Shown piece after piece: positions 37,417-50,061 of a stretch of 64,000 bases of DNA; positions within the stretch are counted from its first letter, which is position 1; the number at the start of each line of letters is the position of its first letter. Source of the DNA: Octopus sinensis (taxonomy: Eukaryota); assembly GCF_006345805.1 (NCBI RefSeq), contig NC_043000.1:37448001-37512000 (forward strand), read 5' to 3'. The position numbers and the translations under genes were made by a program. The notes beneath the pieces were generated by a model that saw only the letters and a program-made list of their open reading frames with translations, was not told the DNA's origin and searched no databases.

Positions 37417-38701
37417 GTGAGTATATAAAAAAATTAAAAACAAAATAATAAAGTATCTTCCATTGAAATAGGTTACTGTTGTCTAGTAATAACATGATTT
37501 TATATATCTTGCAGGCATATGTTCTATGTATACATGCCAGTTTATGTTCAATGTTGTGTATATGTTTGAATACATCGTTAACTGTTTGCTCATATGGATA
37601 TAGACTCAATGATTTTATAGTAAGTGTGAGTGTTTTCTCAGGATAAATTTCTGAATGTGCATCTTCATAGATGTGTGTATATATTTGGTAGAATTGATAC
37701 ACTTAGTTATGATGAACATGCTGTACGGCACATGAGTGAAGAGATTAAGGTTTGTCATGTTCAACATTTTAATGTATGGATGATACTTATAAACGAACAA
37801 ACTTATAACTATAAATTTTAGTTAGGGAGAGATTATACTTTATAATGTATAAATGCATCAAAGTTTTTGTAAAACATACACACACACAAACACATACAAA
37901 CACATATACACTCATGCATATACATATATTTATGATCGTTACTCTATATCCATATAAAGAGTGATCAGGACTACAAATATTAAATAATTAGACAACAGTG
38001 TTAAAACAATACATTTGCACTCCATCTTCACTCCATCTATCTGTATCACCTTCTTTATATGACAAGAGGAAGTCTAATGTGTGATAGTCAATTAACATAA
38101 TTTTTGAAGATAAGCCTGTACATGAAAACCTTTTGGTCCACTGACAAAGAGATAAAAACTTTTAGGAGATCTAGATTAACAATCATCATGAGAAAACTTA
38201 ACTGACTGAGGGCTAAAATATCAGTCAGATTGCTCACTAGACATCAGGTAAGCTTTAGAACAGAAGCAAGTAATTGAACTATAAATAATTAAAGCGAGGG
38301 CAAATGGAGTTTTGAGGAAACAAATAAAACACCTATTGCAGACAAAGAATTTAGCAATATGAGGTAAATGTGAGAAATGTAAAAAATTAGCAATGAAACA
38401 TGAACAAACAATCAGTATGATAGAAATAGTCAGATGTATGCAGAAGGGACAACTTATGGTAATGTAGATACGACATGTAAATAAGAAATGCTTATGACTA
38501 AAAAAGTCAAGTGCATTGGAGGTTAAAAATGTAGATTATCACATAGAAAGAAACTGGAAATAGTGACAATATATCTGGGAAGATTCTGGTTAGAAATATA
38601 GAAATTTGGCCAGCGCATCCAACCTATGCCAGTATGGAAAGTACATGTTTAAATGATAGCAATGACACAAATGGTTGTGATTATATATATATATACATAC
38701 A

Positions 38702-38753
<52 letters not shown>

Positions 38754-38762
38754 GTGTGTGTG

Positions 38763-38799
<37 letters not shown>

Positions 38800-38869
38800 G
38801 GAAGCAAGCAAGTAGAATTGTTAGTATGCCAGACAAAATGCTTAGTGGCATTTTGTTCATCTTTATATT

Positions 38870-39115
38870 CTGAGTTCAAATTGTACCAAGGTTGACTTTG
38901 CCTTTCATCCCTTTGAGGTTGATGAAATATGTACCAGTTCAGAACTGGGGTCGATGTAATCAACCATATATATATGTATGTATGTATATATAATCCTTTC
39001 TATAATAGGCACGAGGCCTGAAATTTTAGAGGAGGGGGTTAGTTGATTACATCGACCCCAGTTCTGAACTGGTACATATTTCATCAACCTCAAAGGGATG
39101 AAAGGCAAAGTCAAC
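38870..39115. repeat. Rearranged SINE forming a perfect 74-bp inverted repeat
   Basis: 38891-38964 is the exact reverse complement of 39042-39115. Confidence 0.9.
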
Positions 39116-39299
39116 ATACATACACACACACACACACTCACATATATATATATATATATATATATATTTCTGAATTTGTGTGAATGTGTATAGAATAATA
39201 TATCTGTTGAATAAAGTTAAAACATGGTCTGGTTTTCATATTTTCTTATTATGGTATTTTAACATTAAAAAATTATTTTGTAATGTTCATAAAGTTCAG

Positions 39300-40715
39300 T
39301 TAGTGCTTTCATACTTTGGTAGCAATCATCAGATTTCAAAATGTATTTAACTGACAGTTGAGTTCTTGTCAACTGTAATACCTCTTAGAACACTCCAGCA
39401 AGCTGAATTTTTCGAATGCAGTTTCGACCAATCTGCATGCAGCTTAAACATCATCACATACCGATATCCTGTACTTTGTTTATATTCATAAGTTAAAGAT
39501 ATTTTTTAATCCACATCATTAACTGGTTGTTATATTATTGTTGTTATTTCCATTCAGAACAGGTTTGAACATTTTTATAAACCGTTTTACTTTCATCTTT
39601 CTTCCAATCTCACTTGTGTCATGTAGTTTGTAGAAAGGAAAAATTAGAAACATTTTCTGACCACATGTTTCTGTATGTTCGTTCAATGGAATTTGGCGAA
39701 CATTAGTATTCCAGATTTGTTGTCTGTGGACATGTGAGTGTTCTGATACTGCATTCCCTGTCTTGCCTATATATAGTTCCTCGCGATTCAGGCATTTAAT
39801 GCAATAGATCAAATTTCTGCTTTTGCAGTTTACATCTGCATTTGCGAAAATATGTCCATTTTTTGTTCTAATGTATCTACCAGTATGCATGTAGTAACAT
39901 ATTCCACATCTGTTATTATTATGCTTGTATACTGTGAATGTTTTAGCCTGTTTGTTCATGTTGAATTTTGCCTTTGTTAATAGTTTCTTCAGGTTATGTG
40001 GTTGCCTTTTGCTTAGGATAAGCGTTTGATTAGTTATGTTTTTTTTTTAAATTTTTCACTTTGTTTATGATTGGTAAATTTGTTTTGAAGATGTTCAAAA
40101 TGTTTTGGTTATGTGGATTGTGTGTTACTAAAAATGGTATTGTGTTCCGTTGATGGGTTTGTCTCTTTCGTGTTGCCCTAAGTTGTCCTATAGTTATCTC
40201 TTTTGCTTGTTGTATGTTATTTTCTATAAGTAGGGGAGGGTGTTTTTGCTTGAGCAGAAATCCTTTGAATTTTATGAGTCATGTGGTTCTTATATTTGGA
40301 CCATCTACTATAGTACAAATTTTCATGGCTAGACAGTACAGGATGTTGCATTTAATGTGTTGGGTGGCATGATTTGAAATTTAAGTACTGGTCTGCATCT
40401 GTGCTTTTGTAATAAATATCACTTGTGATTATGGTGTTGTTTTAATTACCATTATGTTAAGAAATGGTAATTGTGAGTTGCTCATTTCTCTTGTGAATTT
40501 GAGACTAGGGTGTAGATTGTTGAGGAGGGTGCTGAATTCTTCCAGATTTTCTTGGGATTTGGTCCAAATTAGGAAGCAGTCTTTGAGGTATCTTTTCCAT
40601 GTGTCCTCTACATGTCTTTTAAAGGTCATGTCGTAGTTCTCTTCAATTTTTTTATTTAGGTTTTGTTCTAAGTATTCCAATACTGAGTTCACGAAAATGC
40701 CGCAATAAAAAACAT
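39300..40715 (-). mobile_element. Decayed Penelope-like element (RT fragment + GIY-YIG endonuclease)
   Basis: 40429-40692: WKRYLKDCFLIW...LNNLHPSLKFTRE...LPFLNI; 39519-39959: RCGIC...NCKSRNLIYCIKC...LYIGKT...FKPVLN. Confidence 0.9.
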
Positions 40716-40750
40716 GAAAATCAGTCTATGTTTTAACTTTATTCAACTGC

Positions 40751-40754
<4 letters not shown>

Positions 40755-40786
<32 letters not shown>

Positions 40787-40915
40787 TGTATGTATGTATG
40801 TATGTATGTATGTATGCATGTATGTATGCATGCATGCATGTATGCATGTATGTATGTATGTATGTATGTATGTATGTATGTATGTATGTATGTATGTATG
40901 TATGTATGTATGTAT
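40755..40915. repeat. (TATG)n microsatellite
   Basis: Direct inspection. Confidence 0.95.
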
Positions 40916-41725
40916 ACAAACTGTGTAGGCTAAATTTGACTGTTTGCATAAAAGGAAAAGAAAATACAGTATCATATTCAAAAATAAAGTATTTCAAAAA
41001 ATCAAAATGTATCAACTAAATTATGACTGGTAGCATAATCAAGGTAGATGCCCTTGGCTTCCACCATAGCCGACTGCTCTGGAATCTTGAACACCTTGAT
41101 CTTGGCAGCCAGCTTGGCCTTGGTTTTCTCAAGCAGAGCAGTTGGTGTCTTTCTCAACTGCACCCCACACATAGTAATCCATAGGATTGCAATTAGGGAA
41201 GTTAGGAGGGTTGCAGGGGAAGTCATAAAAATTCTCCAAAAACTACTTCTGAGATATAGCAAGGAGCTGAACCCTGCTGTCACATACATGACCTTCCAGC
41301 AGCAACCCTCTCAAGTTAAATATTGACCAGACTCCAGCAACTTAACATAATCATCTGATTTGAGCCTAAGGCCCTGTTCAAAGATGTGGGGTAAAATCAT
41401 GTTACCCTCACTGAAGACACAAATACAAGCTGTGTCCCCTCTCCTGCTTCATAGACACCATTGTAGCTTTACAGCGTTCATAGAACATTGAGCTGCAGTC
41501 ATGATGTCAATGTTTTGATACCCGGTGTGAATCATTATGATACAAGTAATACATTTTTAATATTCAGATAACTTCCAGTCCTCCATGTCAGCTAACTTTT
41601 CCACAACTGTGACTTTAATCTTTATGCTATCCAATGCTGTTGACTGTTCACCAATACATCAAACTATTCTTAAAACAAGAAAGGGGACATAAAAGTAGTC
41701 AAATTTTGCTCAAACACCCTGTATA
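40913..41725 (-). mobile_element. maT/DD37D-like Tc1/mariner deletion derivative
   Basis: Right TIR aaattttgctcaaacaccctgta (41701-41723), degenerate left TIR tacaaactgtgtaggctaaatttgact; minus strand PNFPNCNPMDYYVWGAVEKDTN catalytic motif. Confidence 0.75.
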
Positions 41726-41756
41726 TATAATATATATCTCTATTTGTTTATTTATG

Positions 41757-42800
41757 TTTTGGGACCACTACTGTTCATAATGGCCCTCTCAGACATGCCC
41801 TCAGCCACGCAGAGAGCCACGATCACAAGTTATGCAGATGATACAAAAGTTTCACAGGCAATACAGAACCCTGAAGATATTAAGCACCTGCAATGTGAGC
41901 TGGACAAAATATACAAGTGGGCTGAAAAGAATAGCATGCAGTTCAATGCTGAAAAGTTTCAAGCTCTATGCTGTCAGCACACAAAACAAAATGCAATACC
42001 CAATAAATACACTGGACCTGGAGGGACTGCAATCCCAGAGGCACAATCAGTGTGAGACCTGGGTATTTACATGAGTGATGATACAACCTTTCATGTGCAT
42101 GTTGCTAAATTGGCAATGAAATGTAGGCGGCTGACCGGATGGATTCTTAGAACCTTCAGAACAAGAGACCAGGAAACCATGATGGTCCTTTGGAGGACAC
42201 TTGTCCTAAGCCACTTTGAGTATTGCTCTCAGCTAAGGTCACCATCCAGTGTCAAGTTAATCACAGAACTTGAGGCGATCCAACGAAGCTACACGAAGAA
42301 GATAGCCTCTGTGCAGCATATAAGCTATTGGGAAAGATTGAGACTCTATTCCTTAGAGTGTAGGCGAGAAAGATATGCCATAATATACATCTGGAAGATC
42401 CTAGAAGGACTTGTCCCAAACTTTGGCATTGAGAGTTACACAAATGCCAGAACTGGGCGCCACTGCATAGTGCCAAGGACTCCAAATTTGCCATCAAGAT
42501 GTAGGACAAGATACTGTGATAGCCTGGGCTTCCGAGGCCCACAGCTCTTCAATATCCTCCCGAAGAACCTAAGAGACCTGCATGGGGTTGACGCAGATGT
42601 CTTTAAAATGAAACTGGATCTCTTCTTGTCAGGTATCCCAGATGAACCAACTTCACGGCAGGAGGTGCAAATGAGGGCAGCTGCATCGAACTCTCTCATG
42701 CACCAAATGGCAATTGCTAAAAAGCATTCATGAAGTAAAATCATGTAGCAACACCAAATGGCGGTGCCCCAGCATGGCCACAGCTTGTGAGCTGAAACTA
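41757..42800 (+). mobile_element. 5'-truncated CR1-like LINE
   Basis: VLGPLLFI...SYADDTKV...QFNAEKF; ORF 42071-42733 GWILRTF...LVLSHFEYCSQL...LEAIQR...RRER...RGPQLFNILP; short 3'UTR. Confidence 0.9.
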
Positions 42801-42819
42801 GATAAATAAATTTTTAAAA

Positions 42820-42867
<48 letters not shown>

Positions 42868-43049
42868 CAAGAGAGAGAGAGCAATATATAGGGACAGAGT
42901 GACAAGTATAATTAAAGACTTGTTATTTTGTGTTATATAAAAGACCAAATTGTTTTCACTTATCACTACATTGAGACCATTTTGCAAATTATATTTAATT
43001 TTATATCATGCTGACAGGCATCACAGTGAATATTTTCTGACATGAGAGG

Positions 43050-43700
43050 ATTAGTAAAATTGTTTATTTGTATGTTGTATGTTTAGACTTGTACATAACT
43101 GAACAACATGGTCAACCTTGAATGATATTAGTTGTAAATGTGACTTTGTATTGGAGGATTTTTTCAGGGAGTTGGTACATATCTGGCATGTGATGTCTCT
43201 AGGTTTCATGTGGAAGTTTAAGAAGGAACGTGAATAGGAGTGAAAGTTGTTGGAAATGATAGCAAGTTGGCCATTCATGTATAGCTGGATAGGTGTGAGA
43301 GACAAAACTGAACATTGAGGTGCACTACATTTGATAGAGTGTGTGTCTGAGAGAGTTCCATCAGCACACTCCATAATAGTATGATCTATCAAGAAACCAC
43401 CTAGTTAAGAGACAAAAGTTAGATGGAGCTCATAATCAAAAAAGAAAAAGTTAGATGGAGCTCATTGGAGAGCATAGTTTTACTATTTATTAGGAGACTT
43501 CCATGCTAAACACAGTCAATAGCTTTACTGATGTTGATTGCAGTGACGCAATTTCCACCAAATTTCACAAGGATGTGATGATTGCTGAGAAGCACAAGTC
43601 AGATATGGTTGAAATTTTTGATGATTTTGAGTGAAACAACATAGTTTTGCCAAAATTTCTTGACAAGTTCACTGGTGTGTTACAGTGTCATAGAAAATGG
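43050..43700 (-). mobile_element. Old CR1/L2-like RT remnant
   Basis: IKCSAPQCSVLSLTPIQLYMN...NNFHSYS resembles GVPQGSVLSP..F.LYIND...HSYADD. Confidence 0.5.
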
Positions 43701-45639
43701 CCAGAGTTCAGGAGATAGGAGTGCTTTCAGGTTGTGTGATGCACCGAGTTATCATTTGGATTAGCTGAAATGGTTTCACAGGAGTTGTAGGTCAAAGCTA
43801 TCCAGTTTGTAAGATGGGATGGTTTCCACCAAGTAGGTCATATATTTTGCTTAAAATGCTGTGGTGCAATTATAAATAAAGCATTTGTGCATAGGAGGTT
43901 ATTAGTTTAGGTCTATGTGCAGTATCATACCTAACACAACATACCTAAGAAGGTTTCAGTTACCTACCTATCTGCTTCTGATGAATCTCGAATAAAACAC
44001 ATTCTGCCAGAAATAGTTAACATACAACTGGCAGAAGAACAACCATATAGCTGACTTGGAGTATCCTAGAGGCCAGAAAGAGGCTAGCATTGTCTTGTAT
44101 ATAGATGGGTAGTGGGTAGTCATGGTAAGGTAGTTCCCAAATGAATTAAAGAAAGGAGCATAGATAAACATTATTCAAGATAAGTAATAATTGTCATGTA
44201 TATATATTCTTAGCAATGTATATACATTCTTACATATTGTGAAGTAGGTATGAAACTCCAGCAAGGAAATTGAAAAGTCAAATATATCTATATTGGATCT
44301 ATACTCCCATTATGCTCCTGTTAAGTCCCTATCATTATTCTTTCACCTATCACTCACCTTTTCTCCTATCCACTTCACCTGTGTAATGAAGAATGACATT
44401 TGATCTGTCCATGTTCAACCCCTCTATAACCACTATTTAAAAACTCTGTAATAAAGAGTAGTTAAAGGATAATAACACAATTATTACTTATTTTGAATAA
44501 CACGCATCTATGCTCCTCTCCTCAACTCATTTGGGAACCATCTTATCACGAACACCCACCACCCATCTACATACTACACAATACCAACCCCTTTCTGGTC
44601 TCTATGGTACTTCAACTCAGATACATGGTTGGATCTCTGCCAATTTGCATACTAACTAGGGTAATAAAGTAACAATAATTTCACTATACATTTGACCAGT
44701 AGACTTAATATATGAGTAGGATTAGTTGTTACAGCTTCCTATAGAGCAAAGAGCAAAAAACAGTCATCATCATCATCATCATCATCATTATCATCATTTT
44801 ATATCTGCTATCCATGCTGGCACTAGTTTGAAAGAAGTCACAGTTTATGTTAGTTATTATTCAGAGTTACCACCCTCCTAGATGGGTAATGAAGAATGAC
44901 ATTCCTAAAGTGGATAGGAAAAAAGTGATAGATGAGAGGAGATTGATAGGGAATTAACAAGAGCATAATGGGGGAGAGACCTAATACAGATATATTTTAC
45001 TTTCCAGTTTCCTTCACCGTCACTATTTAAGGATCACTGTCAAGCTTGCTTAGGTACACAGGTTTTCTTTGGCACTGCATATTGCCAGCTATCATGGTTC
45101 TTTATCACCTCTTACATAAGGTTCAGCTTCCTGAGATCACTGTTCATCATTGCACACCCATGTCTTCCAAGATTTTCGTCTTTCAGAGGTTCCAACCATT
45201 TTTAGTGCTCAACACTTCTTTATCCAATTGACAACCTTCATACATATCATATTCCAAGTAGTAGATTCTAATAGCCATGTTTGCAACTATCAGGATGCAC
45301 CAATTAGATGACCTATGGGGAGAGAACAAAGCTATTTGATGCATATAAATTCACCATTTGTAACACAAACATCATTCACAAAGTCAGATCACAAATAGCC
45401 ACCTATCAGTCAAATATGTTTGAAATCCAAATTATCAAAGAAATAATTGTGAACATATATATTTATGAAAGAGCATGATATTGGGAACACATAAGCATTT
45501 GATGAAGTCAACCAGCTGCAAATCACTGATCATTTTCTGTGAGTTGAACATTAAACAATACATACCATCAGCTAAATTAACAAAGTGTAGCATCAATTTC
45601 AAAATAGTGAGTGAATCAATTAATAGCTTCAAGACAGAG

Positions 45640-46250
45640 AAAATCTGAAATTCCCCAACCTTAATTTATTAAGACAGTATGCTGTATCTGAGGGAATTTA
45701 ACTTTACATGGTAAAGCTTTCCTCATTGGCATCATGTATATGTTTCAGCATGTAAGTGTAGACCTCTTTGATCCCCAGGATTTGGTTTTTGTCTCTTGCA
45801 CTCTTTATTTTCAATACCAGTGATCTTACTGTTCTTCCAAGTCAACTAAATCCTTCACAAACTTTACAAATTCTTGACTATGAACCCTTCCCCATCTCCC
45901 ACAATGTAAATTCTTTACTTTTCTGGCTGTTCACAATAATGTGTAATGTCAGTTACTGGGACTGAAAACTGTTCTAGCTAACAAGTTTTGTAAAATTTTT
46001 AATGGTTTTTAATAAAGTGGCTCAGAACATTAATTAGGTCATTGCTGTAGAGAGGGCAGAATGTGAGGGACATACCTAAATCCTGAAGCACACTAGAGTT
46101 AATAGTACATGGGTCAGAGAGGCCTCTGCTGACATTATTGAGAAGTCTGGTAGGTAATTTACAATATAAGAGATCAGTGTTTGGAGTCCTTAGATGCAGA
46201 TCTATGATGGATAGTGTAAAATATATTTCTGATGAATCATAGCAAGAAAT
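45640..46250 (+). mobile_element. Old CR1/L2-like RT remnant
   Basis: ccccaggatttgg...LSLALFIFNTSDL resembles PQGSVLSP.LF.LFINDL. Confidence 0.35.
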
Positions 46251-47065
46251 ATATTAAAAAAATCAATAAAGTCTATCTTACTGAAGAATTACTAGAGGTA
46301 AAAAGTACTGTTTCAAGATAATAATTTTCATAGAACTTAGCAACAGATTTAGTGTACATATTAACATCCACTACAGTTGTAGTTCTTATTTAGTTACCTT
46401 TTTCATAATTCCTAACCAACAAATTTCAATCCTTAACCCATTGCTGAGTTTCATCATTTTTTTCTTTTCTCTTTACAACTACACCATCAATATTTCTTAC
46501 TCCTTACTCTCCACAAATTTTCTCTCTCTCACTATGCTTAAGATATATACAGTTCTGTATATTTAAACATTATTTCACTTTAGCACTTTCTTCTTGTACA
46601 TTCCTTCTAATTACAATTTTTGCTCTTTAAATAAAACTTGAACTGAAGTAAGTTTCCAGAAGTATATTTCTTTTCAATTTAGAAAAGCTTCAATAGGGGA
46701 CAAGGCAAAACTTCCGTGGCACAGGATTAATAATATGCCCTTGTTCTCAGAGGCCTACTAATTTACTAGGCTGCCCATTAATTGTATTGATCCTTTTGAG
46801 GTTCAACATAATTTTCAAACTGATCCTATATTTTTCAATTGCTTATCAATGATTTAGTGAATATTATATTTTTCTCTTTACATACAAACAGTTTAACACT
46901 TGCATAATTGTATTAGAATTCATGTATTTGTATGTAAGTATAAATGTGTAACTGATTGAATACATTCATTCTCTTTTAATTTCTTTCACTCTCTCTCTCT
47001 CTCTCTCTCTCTCTTTACACACACACACACACACACACACAACACACACACACACACACACACAC

Positions 47066-50061
47066 GGACTCTTACATAAAATGTGGCGTCACAAGAAAAG
47101 CAAAAATCAAGATCCTAAAACTAATTTGAAGCTTCCACAGAAATAGTTATAAAAAAAGTAAGAAGCTTAAGACCAAGCCCAACAGCCTCTGCATGTTGTA
47201 CAGTATCCTTCAGTCAGCATCTGCTGACGACAGTAACCAAAACAAATACAACAATCAAGTACACAAAAGTGAAAAGAGCTCTATGGATCAGTATTGAACT
47301 TCTCAAGGAGTACTCTTCCTGATGGCTTTCCATGCTACCCCAGAATTGATGAACTACTGTACCTCAACAGCTAGAGGAGAAACACTCTGGAAATACTGTC
47401 AAGGTTAGGCATGAATATGCCTTCCAATAAACTTAGGAATGAATTTAACATTAACAGGACAACAGAAAATCAAAGCGTCTCTTAGATTTATGGCTGTTAC
47501 ATTTCAAAGGCTATGCTTTTCCAAGCTAAGCACAAGAGAAATCTACAAAATTCCAAATTAGACAGTGAAGGCCTTAAAGCCCCAGACACAAACAAAAGTG
47601 TTGATTATGTTATAAATGTGTGGAAAATATTGCAAATGTTGTCAGCAGCTCCCCCAAGATGTCATTAAGTTGCAATATAGCATTGTTATTGAAAATATAT
47701 ACACTGCCATTCTGAGGGAAGATTGTCCTTGGTTAAATATAGAGAAGATATCCACACATATCAACATAAGGAATACATGTGGAACATTCTTATCAAAACT
47801 TATATCAAGTGCAAATATAACAGATTTGATAAAGTTTTGGTTAGAATAAAAAAAAATGTGCAATCACAGTGGTTATATACTTTGTACAGTATTTGCACAA
47901 TATTTTTTTCAAAGTCGTTGATGAAAAGAATGTTTGCAGAGAACTACTTTGAAATTTTCAGTTTTTTTACTTAAATCATAAATTCACATTTATACCTGCA
48001 CTCAGTTATGTTAATAAATGTCTCAGTGACAATTAAATTAAGAATTCCAGCAATGAAGCATTATTTCTTTGTTAGAACCCAGCTTCTTCCATAGAAGAAG
48101 AATTTAAATTAAATTAAATGAAAAATAACATATATGCATGCATACAGACATACAATCATGCCAAATGCATAACAGAACTACAGTGTAAAATAAAGGATAG
48201 TGGTGGAAAATTCTAATAAAAACAGCAACGCAGTGTAAGCACATTTGGCCAAATTCTGCTCAATGAGACAAAGTGCTAAAGCCATGCACTGTTGTAGAGA
48301 ACAGTTACCCAGCTGATGTGAATATCATAAAAAATTTAGGAAAAAGAACATTTATGGAGAACTAATGAGAAACTTTGCGAAATATTAATTACCAATAAGA
48401 AAATATCAAAAAAATCCTTAATAAAAAAGATCAAACTTGAATGCAGTCTTGTTTCTTATATAATACATTTCAAAGTGTACATCATACACACACACACAAA
48501 CAAACACAAACACTCTCTCTCTCTCACACACACACACCACACACACACACACACATACACAACACACACACACGGACTCTTACATAAAATGTGGCGTCAC
48601 AAGAAAAGCAAAAATCAAGATCCTAAAACTAATTTGAAGCTTCCACAGAAATAGTTATAAAAAAAGTAAGAAGCTTAAGACCAAGCCCAACAGCCTCTGC
48701 ATGTTGTACAGTATCCTTCAGTCAGCATCTGCTGACGACAGTAACCAAAACAAATACAACAATCAAGTACACAAAAGTGAAAAGAGCTCTATGGATCAGT
48801 ATTGAACTTCTCAAGGAGTACTCTTCCTGATGGCTTTCCATGCTACCCCAGAATTGATGAACTACTGTACCTCAACAGCTAGAGGAGAAACACTCTGGAA
48901 ATACTGTCAAGGTTAGGCATGAATATGCCTTCCAATAAACTTAGGAATGAATTTAACATTAACAGGACAACAGAAAATCAAAGCGTCTCTTAGATTTATG
49001 GCTGTTACATTTCAAAGGCTATGCTTTTCCAAGCTAAGCACAAGAGAAATCTACAAAATTCCAAATTAGACAGTGAAGGCCTTAAAGCCCCAGACACAAA
49101 CAAAAGTGTTGATTATGTTATAAATGTGTGGAAAATATTGCAAATGTTGTCAGCAGCTCCCCCAAGATGTCATTAGTTGCAATATAGCATTGTTATTGAA
49201 AATATATACACTGCCATTCTGAGGGAAGATTGTCCTTGGTTAAATATAGAGAAGATATCCACACATATCAACATAAGGAATACATGTGGAACATTCTTAT
49301 CAAAACTTATATCAAGTGCAAATATAACAGATTTGATAAAGTTTTGGTTAGAATAAAAAAAAATGTGCAATCACAGTGGTTATATACTTTGTACAGTATT
49401 TGCACAATATTTTTTTCAAAGTCGTTGATGAAAAGAATGTTTGCAGAGAACTACTTTGAAATTTTCAGTTTTTTTACTTAAATCATAAATTCACATTTAT
49501 ACCTGCACTCAGTTATGTTAATAAATGTCTCAGTGACAATTAAATTAAGAATTCCAGCAATGAAGCATTATTGCTTTGTTAGAACCCAGCTTCTTCCATA
49601 GAAGAAGAATTTAAATTAAATTAAATGAAAAATAACATATATGCATGCATACAGACATACAATCATGCCAAATGCATAACAGAACTACAGTGTAAAATAA
49701 AGGATAGTGGTGGAAAATTCTAATAAAAACAGCAACGCAGTGTAAGCACATTTGGCCAAATTCTGCTCAATGAGACAAAGTGCTAAAGCCATGCACTGTT
49801 GTAGAGAACAGTTACCCAGCTGATGTGAATATCATAAAAATTAGGAAAAAGAACATTTATGGAGAACTAATGAGAAACTTTGCGAAATATTAATTACCAA
49901 TAAGAAAATATCAAAAAAATCCTTAATAAAAAAGATCAAACTTGAATGCAGTCTTGTTTCTTATATAATACATTTCAAAGTGTACATCATACACACACAC
50001 ACACAAACAAACACAAACACTCTCTCTCTCTCACACACACACACAACACACACACACACAC
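47066..50061. repeat. Near-identical tandem duplication, period 1508 bp
   Basis: 47066-48573 vs 48574-50061; (CT)n(CA)n microsatellites at all three junctions; only a few differences seen, mostly 1-bp indels. Confidence 0.95.

Noticed and set aside
37301-37702. 133-aa minus-strand ORF as a nested gene
   Set aside because: Antisense shadow of the Shal exon and adjacent TG-rich intron; no recognisable domain
44865-44885. 21-nt phase-0 microexon SYHPPRW
   Set aside because: Lies in a repeated sequence (gtaatgaagaatgacatt also at ~44384) with a mediocre donor
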